From the NCBI GenBank assembly GCA_046086645.1, contig JBJSXZ010000072.1:1-34276 (forward strand): a stretch of 34,276 nt of DNA, in the 5' to 3' direction. A model generated the notes under the pieces. That model made no database searches and was not told the origin of the DNA. It saw nothing but the letters and a program-made list of their open reading frames with translations. This stretch comes from Candidatus Limnocylindrus sp. (GTDB lineage Bacteria; Chloroflexota; Limnocylindria; Limnocylindrales; Limnocylindraceae). Position 1 is the first letter of the stretch; every line of letters starts with the position of its first letter. Below, piece by piece: positions 8,829 through 16,249 of the stretch. Both the position numbers and the translations under genes were made by a program.

Positions 8829-9772
8829 CGATTGCCACCCTGCGTTCGTCGGACAAACGATTCGCCGAGAAGGTTAAGGCCAAGCGTCATCAAGAACAGC
8901 AGCAAGCCGACGAAGAACAAACTCTGGAAGGCAGCATTCGCGCCAGTAACCTGATCTGAACCGGTCGCAAGGCTGACCATAGCTGACGTCATGGTCCCAC
9001 CTGGGTCAAGTGGATTGGTCGTACGAGTTTGCGGGGAACCCGCAGCCACTGCTACTACCATCGTTTCTCCAATCGCACGACTTGAAGCGAGGATGAGTGC
9101 GGCGACGATTCCCGACATCGCGCTGGGAATTACCACCCGTGCCGTCACCGTCAGGCGTCGTGCACCTAGCCCGAATGCTGCTTCACGCATCGTATTTGGC
9201 ACGCTACGCATGGCATCTTCAGAAACTGATGCAACAAGTGGGATCGAGAGGATGCCCACCCCGATACCTGCTGCAGCCAAGTTAAATGTGCCCGCCTCAT
9301 CAAATACCGACTGGATCAAGCTCGGCGTGATAGCGGTCAAGGCAAAGAATCCGATGACTACGCTTGGGATACCGGAGAGAATTTCAAGCGCAGGCTTCAA
9401 AAGGTCGCGCACCCGCGGCCGTGCGTATTCAGCTAGATAGATTGCAGTTGCCAACCCGATGGGTGTGGCGATTGACATTGCGATGCCGGTCACAATGAGT
9501 GATCCAAGTACGATGGTGGGCACGTCAAATATTCCTCGTCGCGGGAACCAGCCAATACCAAGGAGCTGAGTCATATCGATTTGGGTCACAAACCCGATTG
9601 CCTGGCTGACGAGCGACTGAATGATCAACACTCCGACTAGTACGGTCACGCACGCCGCGAGCAAGAATGCGAATTTGATGAGGAATTCTTTGCGACTTCG
9701 GGCAGCATCGCCATAAAGATCGCTTTGATGAATTCCCCTACCACGCTCGGCCACAACTTCCTCCGTGCCCAT
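8825..9772 (-). CDS. pstC: phosphate ABC transporter permease PstC
   Basis: Polytopic permease with an EAA-like loop (TMREAAFGLGARRLTV). It lies between pstS and pstA. Confidence 0.9.
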   Translation of the reverse strand: MGTEEVVAERGRGIHQSDLYGDAARSRKEFLIKFAFLLAACVTVLVGVLIIQSLVSQAIGFVTQIDMTQLLGIGWFPRRGIFDVPTIVLGSLIVTGIAMSIATPIGLATAIYLAEYARPRVRDLLKPALEILSGIPSVVIGFFALTAITPSLIQSVFDEAGTFNLAAAGIGVGILSIPLVASVSEDAMRSVPNTMREAAFGLGARRLTVTARVVIPSAMSGIVAALILASSRAIGETMVVAVAAGSPQTRTTNPLDPGGTMTSAMVSLATGSDQVTGANAAFQSLFFVGLLLFLMTLGLNLLGESFVRRTQGGNR

Positions 9773-9786
9773 TGCCTAAAGCCTAA

Positions 9787-9822
9787 ACAATGGGCCAAGC
9801 CAATCTTGGCTTGGCCCATTGT
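9787..9822 (-). terminator. intercistronic 17-bp perfect hairpin after pstS (attenuator or mRNA-stabilising stem)
   Basis: ACAATGGGCCAAGCCAA (9787-9803) pairs with TTGGCTTGGCCCATTGT (9806-9822). It lies 14 nt after the pstS stop and before pstC. Confidence 0.6.
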
Positions 9823-9836
9823 ACGTTTACCTTAAG

Positions 9837-10820
9837 TTAGCGAGCTTCCCAGGCAGAACGGGACGCTTCGAGCATGTCCGCAGGAAGATTCACGTACGGA
9901 ACATCCTCCAGGACATTCGCAATGGTTCCCTCAGCGAGGTAGAAATCTACGTATTCCACGAGTGTCGGGTTCGCTTCAGCTTTTGCGAGGTTTACATAGA
10001 TGTACAGGGAACGAGCAAGCGGATATGTGCCATTGGAAATCGTTTCTGCGGTTGGCGCAACACACGTTCCACCTACAGTTTTCGAAATTGGGATCTCTCG
10101 TACGACATCTGCGTTTTCTTCCGCAAATGCAAAGCCAACCCAACCGAGCGATGAGCTGCTACCTGCAATGCCCTCGATAATCGCGTTGTCGTTTGAGGAC
10201 GCCGTGTAGTCAGCGCGCGTCGTTACCTCTTGGCCGCGAGATTCAGCGGCTGACTTTAGTGCAAGTTCTACGAAGCTGTCGAAGGTGCCTGACTCCTCAC
10301 CGGGACCGGTGATCTCTAGGCTTGCGTTGGGGAAGGTTGTCTGCGAGCCAAGCTCGCCTGCGAGGTCTTGTGCGTCACTCCACTTGCTGAACCCGACCGA
10401 TTCCGGGCCGACAAGTGCGTAGAGGTCCGCAAAATTTAGACACGCGATCTCCGAATTGTCTGCGGAAGTAAGAACTGACAACCCGTCAAAGGCAATCTTC
10501 AAGGCAATGAACTCAATTCCTGCGGCGTCGCAAATGGCTTTTTCCTCATCTTTGATTAGTCGCGAGGCGTCAGAAATGTCTGTCTCTCCGGCACAGAAGC
10601 GCTGGAACCCGTCGCCTGTGCCTGGTCCTTCGATCGTGTACTCGAAACCGGGATTTTCGTTTGCGAATGCCTCGGCAACACCAGTCGAAATTGGCTCAAC
10701 TGTTGACGACCCCGACACCACGATTGCACTAGCAGTGCCGCCCGTACCCCCACAACCAACGGCCAACAACGCGATTACGATTGCAAATACGCCAATGAAG
10801 CGAGCGCCTTTTAATGCCAT
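9837..10820 (-). CDS. pstS: phosphate-binding lipoprotein PstS
   Basis: Lipoprotein signal (ALLAVGCGG), GSSTVEPI, and it is the first gene of pstSCAB. GGAGG lies 5 nt upstream of ATG 10820. Confidence 0.9.
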   Translation of the reverse strand: MALKGARFIGVFAIVIALLAVGCGGTGGTASAIVVSGSSTVEPISTGVAEAFANENPGFEYTIEGPGTGDGFQRFCAGETDISDASRLIKDEEKAICDAAGIEFIALKIAFDGLSVLTSADNSEIACLNFADLYALVGPESVGFSKWSDAQDLAGELGSQTTFPNASLEITGPGEESGTFDSFVELALKSAAESRGQEVTTRADYTASSNDNAIIEGIAGSSSSLGWVGFAFAEENADVVREIPISKTVGGTCVAPTAETISNGTYPLARSLYIYVNLAKAEANPTLVEYVDFYLAEGTIANVLEDVPYVNLPADMLEASRSAWEAR

Positions 10821-10893
10821 GCGACCTCCACGCAGCGGGCGGGGCAGAGTTGCCCCAACGAAACCACCTGCACCGCCAACGTGGCGCCCGCTC

Positions 10894-10933
10894 GTTATCA
10901 GAGTGTTCGTGCGTTGTTAATAGAGCGTTAATT
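10894..10933. promoter_or_regulatory. candidate Pho box: four GTT-initiated direct-repeat units at 11-bp spacing
   Basis: GTTATCA (10894), GTTCGTG (10905), GTTAATA (10916) and GTTAATT (10927) each start exactly 11 bp apart. They lie upstream of pstS and overlap the stop of the response-regulator gene. Confidence 0.4.
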
Positions 10934-11620
10934 GCGAGGAGGGCGCAAGACGTATCCGACTCCTCGAATTGTTTCGAGGATTTCTGGATTGGACGGGTCG
11001 CTCTCGATGAGCTCACGAACAGCGTGAATATGCACATCAACCGTACGTGTTTCGCCTGGGTAGTCACTGCCCCAGACGTTCATCAACAGTTGCTCCCTCG
11101 AGAACGCCTGGCCAGGATGCTCAACAAGAAACGCCAGGAGGCGGAACACTTGTGGTTTGACTGGAATCGCGCCGCCGTCTTTCAAGATTTGATGACCGGC
11201 CAAGTCAACGCTGATTCGCCCGATTCGAAGCAGCGTGTTCGTCATATGAGGTTTCTCCAGCCTGCGCAACACAGCGCGGATCCGTGCAGTAAGTTCGCGG
11301 ATACTGAACGGCTTTGTTATGTAGTCGTCGGCTCCGACCTCGAGCCCGAGTATTTTGTCTGCTTCAGAACCTCGAGCCGTCAAAAGTATGATGGGTACAG
11401 AAGATTCTCCGCGAATCAAGCGGCATACCTCTACCCCTGAAATGCCCGGGAGCATTACGTCTAGGACGATCAAGTCTGGTGCATGCTTTCGAAACTCGGC
11501 CAGAGCTGTTGGGCCATCTACCGCCTCACCAAGCGCGTAGCCCTCGTGCTCAAGTGCCTGCAAAACCGACGCGCGAATTATTGGTTCGTCTTCTACAACC
11601 AAGATTCGCTTAGGTGTCAT
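10928..11620 (-). CDS. OmpR/PhoB-family response regulator (RegX3/PhoP-like)
   Basis: Receiver domain ILVVEDEP .. DLIVLDVMLPGISG .. LTAR, and a winged-helix C-terminus TVDVHIHAVRELIE .. IRGVGYVL. Confidence 0.9.
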   Translation of the reverse strand: MTPKRILVVEDEPIIRASVLQALEHEGYALGEAVDGPTALAEFRKHAPDLIVLDVMLPGISGVEVCRLIRGESSVPIILLTARGSEADKILGLEVGADDYITKPFSIRELTARIRAVLRRLEKPHMTNTLLRIGRISVDLAGHQILKDGGAIPVKPQVFRLLAFLVEHPGQAFSREQLLMNVWGSDYPGETRTVDVHIHAVRELIESDPSNPEILETIRGVGYVLRPPRN

Positions 11621-11643
11621 TGATGTTGAGTATAGTCGTATCT

Positions 11644-12831
11644 ATGGAATTAATTATTCTTGTTCTAGGCGCTGCAATCGGCCTACTCGGCGCGTTTCTG
11701 ATCGAGCAACGGCGGATTTTCGAGCATCGTCAGTCTGATAATCGCGTTGCCGAGCAAGAATCACGAGCGTCGGTCCAGCGGCTTATTGACGCAACCGCTC
11801 GTGCCGAAGAGGCACGTGAAAGCCTCTCTACCCTGCTTGGCGCCATCGACACTGGCGTAATCCGTTTGGACAGGCAGCTTGAAGTTCAATCTGCAAACCT
11901 CGTCGCACACGAGTTGTTTGATCGGCCGGCACACGGCATGCAAGGTCGCCCCTTGCTTGAAGCAATCCTCGACAACAACATCGAGGAGTTCGTTCGGTTT
12001 TCGGCTTCGCTCGCGCAACCAACGGGCTGGCGCGAATTCTCTCTCGGGAGGAAGAAGACATTACTCGTCTCTCTGTTTCGCGCTGCCGAAGGAAGCTTTT
12101 GGATGGTCATTAGGGACATCTCAGAAGTTGCACGACTGCGTAAGATCCGGACTGAGTTTGCTGAGAATCTATCACATGAGCTTCGCACACCAGTGACAGC
12201 AATGAGTCTTTTATCAGAGCTTCTCGTGGCAGACAGTGGGGAGTTGGAACACATCTCCCCAAAATTCCGCGCGCGGGTTGTGCAAATGCAGGCAGAAATA
12301 CTACATCTTGGAGAACTAATCACAGAACTCCTTGAACTTGCTCGAATTGAGAGTGGCGAAGACGGCATTCGGGATGAGAACGTTAACGTGATTGACATTG
12401 TTCGATCTGCAGTGAATCGTCTTCGGCCTTCCGCTGAAAAATCTGGTGTAAGAATTGATCTAGCCCGCCCAACAGTCGTCGATGCAACAGTCAAGGGCAA
12501 TGCAACACGACTCAACCAGGTTTTTGTAAATCTTCTCCACAATGCTATTAAGTTCTCACCACAAGATTCCTCGATACATGTGAAGATCGTGAGCTCGCAA
12601 GACCATTGTTCGGTCGAGATCACCGATTGTGGTATCGGAATCTCTCAGGCCGATTTGGAGCGGGTGTTTGAGCGCTTCTATGTCGCCGACCCGGCGCGCA
12701 CAAAGAGAGGCGGCACCGGTCTCGGCCTCTCGATTGCTCGACACATCGTCGAGGCGCATGGCGGCACGATCCAGGTGAATTCTAGTCTCGGTGAAGGCTC
12801 AACGTTTACGGTTGTGTTGCCGCGGCGCTAA
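11644..12831 (+). CDS. sensor histidine kinase (SenX3/PhoR-like)
   Basis: H-box FAENLSHELRTPVTAM, N-box NLLHNAIKFS and G-boxes DCGIGI / GGTGLGLSIA, with one N-terminal TM segment. The start is ambiguous (GTG 11614, ATG 11623 or ATG 11644). I prefer 11644 because TATAGT (11631-11636) sits 7 nt upstream. Confidence 0.85.
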   Translation: MELIILVLGAAIGLLGAFLIEQRRIFEHRQSDNRVAEQESRASVQRLIDATARAEEARESLSTLLGAIDTGVIRLDRQLEVQSANLVAHELFDRPAHGMQGRPLLEAILDNNIEEFVRFSASLAQPTGWREFSLGRKKTLLVSLFRAAEGSFWMVIRDISEVARLRKIRTEFAENLSHELRTPVTAMSLLSELLVADSGELEHISPKFRARVVQMQAEILHLGELITELLELARIESGEDGIRDENVNVIDIVRSAVNRLRPSAEKSGVRIDLARPTVVDATVKGNATRLNQVFVNLLHNAIKFSPQDSSIHVKIVSSQDHCSVEITDCGIGISQADLERVFERFYVADPARTKRGGTGLGLSIARHIVEAHGGTIQVNSSLGEGSTFTVVLPRR

Positions 12832-13332
12832 TCAACGCTCGTCGTTGTAAGTCCAAACATCGATTGCATCAAGGTCAACGGATGTGATGCCATGTGCCGC
12901 GAGCGCACCAGCAATCTGTGCGCGGTGCTCGGTTGCATGGTGCACCGCCTGGTTGATGAGGACCCAACGCGGTACCGAGAGTGACTCGCCGCTGAACGAG
13001 ATCCACTGAATGATCTCGGCACCTGGAAGCGGTGCGGCCGCCCTGAGCCGCATATCGGCGGCGGCAAGTGCCGCGCCGAGTGCCGCGATGTCGGCTCCGC
13101 TCGCCGGGAGTTCGCGCTTCTCTGCACGTGGTTCGCCATAGAGCCGCTGAGCATAGTTCTCTGCTGCGGTTGCGAGGTGGTGCGCGATCGCTCCAACGCT
13201 CCACTCAGATCCGGGCGCGGTATGCGCGAGCGCCTCGGGAGTTAACGCAGCCAACTTGCCGAAGAGATCAGCATTCGCCCACGCCATATGTCCGAGCATC
13301 TGGTCGATCGTCGTTTCAGGCATCGGATTCAT
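12832..13332 (-). CDS. DinB-family (DinB_2-like) metal-dependent protein
   Basis: MLGHMAWANADLF .. AIAHHLATAAENY .. AVHHATEHRAQIAG gives the three-His DinB pattern. Its stop codon abuts the kinase stop with no spacer. Confidence 0.75.
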   Translation of the reverse strand: MNPMPETTIDQMLGHMAWANADLFGKLAALTPEALAHTAPGSEWSVGAIAHHLATAAENYAQRLYGEPRAEKRELPASGADIAALGAALAAADMRLRAAAPLPGAEIIQWISFSGESLSVPRWVLINQAVHHATEHRAQIAGALAAHGITSVDLDAIDVWTYNDER

Positions 13333-13341
13333 TCGCAGAGA

Positions 13342-14532
13342 TTAGCGCTTTCGAAGTCGCGACGTTCTGTGCGAACGTGTTCGCGCCTGGAGCACGATGG
13401 CAGAAAGTGCAGCTGCCATGAAGGATGCTGCGAGTACTCCAACCTTTGCCGCGCCAAGTGACGCAGGATCTGAAAACGCGAGTTCACTAATGAGTAGTGC
13501 AACGGTGAAACCGATCCCTCCGAGGGTGCCGACGATCGCGATGTCGACCCACTGCACGCCGTTGGGGAGCCGAGCACCAGCGAGTGCCGCCATCAGGCGC
13601 GCGGTAATCAAGATGCCGAGCGGCTTTCCAACAAACAGCCCAACGACTACCCCGAGGAAGATTGGCGAGTTGATTTGGGCGGCGCCACTCAGTGTGCGGA
13701 GATCAACCGCGGCCGCAAAGAGGGCAAACGCCGGGACCGCGACCCCCGCGCTGAACGGGTGGAGGCGCTGAGAAACGCGCTCAGCAGGCGCACGCTCTTC
13801 GCGCGGATCTCTTCGGACCCGCGTCAAGAGGCCGAGCACGACGCCAGCGACCGTTGGATGGATACCAGCGTTATGCACCGCAAGCCAGGCACAGAGCGCC
13901 AGTGGGAGGTAGATAAGCACGTGCGTGAGGCGCAGGCGTTGCGCCACCGCATATGCCGCAAACGCCAATAGGGCAACAATGAGCGAGGCAATGTCAATGC
14001 TCCCAGAATAGACAAGTGCGATGACCAAGATGGCGCCAAGGTCATCAACGACGGCGAGGGTGAGGAGAAAGGCACGAACCCCAACTGGAAGCGCTCGGCC
14101 AAAAATGGCGAGGATTGCCAGGGCGAAGGCGATATCGGTTGCCATCGGAATACCCCAGCCGATCAGGTTCGCTGTTTCGTGGGCGTTCAGCAGCACGAAG
14201 AGCGCTGCTGGAAGCACCATGCCGCCAACTGCAGCAGCGATTGGTAGGGCTGCCTGCGCAGGGGTTGCGAGAGATCCGAGCACAAGCTCGTGCTTCAGCT
14301 CGCAGCCGATCATGAAGAAGAAGATCGCAAGCAGCCCGTCCGATGCCCACTCCTGAATCGTCAGATCGAGATGTAGCTGGGCGGGCCCAATGCGCGTCTC
14401 TGCAATCGAGCGGAAGAGCTCTGCCAGCGGGCCGCTCGCAAGCATGATGCCGGCAATCGCCGCCGCTATGAGCGCGCCTCCACCCACTGCCTCGCTGCGG
14501 AGGAACTCCGAAAGACGGTGTCGCTCGCTCAT
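13342..14532 (-). CDS. nhaA: Na+/H+ antiporter NhaA
   Basis: SEAVGGGALIAAA .. WASDGLLAIFFF .. GIPMATDIAFALA .. LAVVDDLGAI are typical NhaA blocks. Product is 396 aa. Confidence 0.9.
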   Translation of the reverse strand: MSERHRLSEFLRSEAVGGGALIAAAIAGIMLASGPLAELFRSIAETRIGPAQLHLDLTIQEWASDGLLAIFFFMIGCELKHELVLGSLATPAQAALPIAAAVGGMVLPAALFVLLNAHETANLIGWGIPMATDIAFALAILAIFGRALPVGVRAFLLTLAVVDDLGAILVIALVYSGSIDIASLIVALLAFAAYAVAQRLRLTHVLIYLPLALCAWLAVHNAGIHPTVAGVVLGLLTRVRRDPREERAPAERVSQRLHPFSAGVAVPAFALFAAAVDLRTLSGAAQINSPIFLGVVVGLFVGKPLGILITARLMAALAGARLPNGVQWVDIAIVGTLGGIGFTVALLISELAFSDPASLGAAKVGVLAASFMAAALSAIVLQARTRSHRTSRLRKR

Positions 14533-14579
14533 GGAGAGATCCTAGCGGGTTGAAACCACTTTTCGCGTATGCACGCTGC

Positions 14580-16127
14580 TCATTGCCAACTTTGGATAAG
14601 GAGCATCGCTGCGCCGGCTCCAAGCGGCAGGTTCAGCACGAGGAAGCGATGCCACGCCGATCGAGCATCGCGAACTGGATTGCGACTCACGATTATTTGA
14701 ACGACATTGAGAGCGCTGATAAAAGGAAGGATCGCAGCGATTCGAACAAGGAGATCAACACTTATCACGAGCACCAGAGCGGCGGCACCATAAAGTGCGA
14801 GCGATGCGAAGCCTGCCGCTCGAGCCCCAATCCACGTAGCGGTCGTTGCAATCCCAGATCGCCGGTCGGCAGAAATGTCCTGGATAGCACCGAGGATATG
14901 GTTCGCCATATTCCAGAGAAAAAATGCGAGGAGTGCGGGGAGCCAGCTCCCGTTGAGGGTTACTGCAAACGCAAGGCCAGAGGCGACAGGCAGGAGGAAG
15001 TGCGTTGCAGAGGTAAGTGAATCCACGATCGGGATCGACCGTGTTCTCAGCATCCAGGGGGCGCTGTAGATCGCGGCACTGCCAACGGCCATGAGCGGGA
15101 ACCAGCCGATCGGCGAGGGGAGCACGAGTAGCGCGGCAAGCGCTGGCGCCAGGCCAATCACTAGGAGTAGCCACCGCATTGGCCGCACGTCGCTTCGCAT
15201 GAGCCGTGCCCCTTCGACGCCACCCTTCCGTGGGTTGAGTGCGTCGGTCGCGGTGTCGTAGAGATCGTTAATACCGTAGAGGAAAAAGTTGTATCCAACG
15301 CCCCACCAGAGCGCGAGGGGAATAATCGCGGGACCAATGGCCTCAACGTAGCCTGTTGCGAGTGCGGCGCCGAGAAACGGCAGGATCGTGTTTGTCCACG
15401 CGAGTGGCCTTGATGAGAGAAACAATCGCCACACCTGGTCTTTTGATGCTGCGATGGCTGACAGAGCAAACAACGCAATGGTGCAGAACGAGTATGCATA
15501 GATAAGATCTTCGATCGGAACACTGAGCAGGTAGATATTGAGATTTGTTCTCTCTGGATAAGAGAAATAGCCCGCGGAGCAAAGAACGTTGTCAAACACC
15601 AGGGTGAAGAAGAGGAAGATCGCAATGGTGATCCAGCTCCCTCGAACACGAAAATGATTGAATGCCAAGCCGCTCGCTGCTGCTGCAAGGGCGAGCATAG
15701 ATCTTGTGTATGCAGGGAATGCTCCGGGAGCGGCGATGATGACAGCTGCAGCAGTGAGGCCGAAGAGCAGTGAGCGACGATTCAATCCAGCAGCGCGGTT
15801 TCGAGCGGGCGACTTCACGTACGTGCTGACGGCTGCGGAGAGAACGAGCGAAAACTGCGCGAGGAAGGCGAGGAGAAGCGGCTCTTCGAGTGGCAGGCCG
15901 GTGTCGTACGGCCCTACGCCGGGGAACATTGCACTGCTTAGTGCACGCGGCGTGTAGAACCACCCGCCAGCAATGCCAGCCATGTCTACGAGGAGGAAGA
16001 GCGTGACCATGATGGTGATGAAGGGGTAGGCGTGCGCCCTCGTAGTGGCGAGGCGCAGCCGGCGAGCCAGGGCGTGGGTCCCAACAGCCGACACTGCGAT
16101 TGTTACAAGATAGAGAAACCCGTGCAT
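14580..16127 (-). CDS. fusion protein: two lycopene-cyclase half-domains (CrtYc/Yd or CrtYe/Yf type) + CrtEb/LyeJ-type lycopene elongase (UbiA prenyltransferase)
   Basis: The N-terminal part (about 16127-15443) carries two hPhE(E/D) signatures, LPLEEP and VPIEDL, each in a 3-TM half. The C-terminal part (about 15442-14580) carries SSRPLAWTNT, YGINDLYDTATDALNPRKGGVEGA (NxxxDxxxD) and LGAIQDISADR (DxxxD). ATG 16127 is preferred over the 16226 start, as it follows a G9-AG tract acting as an SD. Confidence 0.75.
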   Translation of the reverse strand: MHGFLYLVTIAVSAVGTHALARRLRLATTRAHAYPFITIMVTLFLLVDMAGIAGGWFYTPRALSSAMFPGVGPYDTGLPLEEPLLLAFLAQFSLVLSAAVSTYVKSPARNRAAGLNRRSLLFGLTAAAVIIAAPGAFPAYTRSMLALAAAASGLAFNHFRVRGSWITIAIFLFFTLVFDNVLCSAGYFSYPERTNLNIYLLSVPIEDLIYAYSFCTIALFALSAIAASKDQVWRLFLSSRPLAWTNTILPFLGAALATGYVEAIGPAIIPLALWWGVGYNFFLYGINDLYDTATDALNPRKGGVEGARLMRSDVRPMRWLLLVIGLAPALAALLVLPSPIGWFPLMAVGSAAIYSAPWMLRTRSIPIVDSLTSATHFLLPVASGLAFAVTLNGSWLPALLAFFLWNMANHILGAIQDISADRRSGIATTATWIGARAAGFASLALYGAAALVLVISVDLLVRIAAILPFISALNVVQIIVSRNPVRDARSAWHRFLVLNLPLGAGAAMLLIQSWQ

Positions 16128-16249
16128 CTCCCCCCCCCGTGCGTACTGCGTGCGCGTCGCTTTCGATGGTACAAGCCGCAACGTCAATTTCGTATCACCA
16201 TATGGCAACATAGACGTGCAGCACATGCTGCCTAAATGAGGGGGAAACT

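Noticed and set aside
10841-10856. Hairpin GGGGCA-GAGT-TGCCCC in the pstS leader; considered as a terminator for the response-regulator gene.
   Set aside because: The stem is only 6 bp, there is no T tract on the transcribed strand, and it lies downstream of the putative Pho boxes. It is more likely part of the pstS 5' UTR.
14550-16235. Multiple 60-175-aa ORFs on both strands within the cyclase-elongase gene.
   Set aside because: A single continuous 515-548-aa frame with coherent TM topology and both domain signatures explains the region. The others are frame artefacts.
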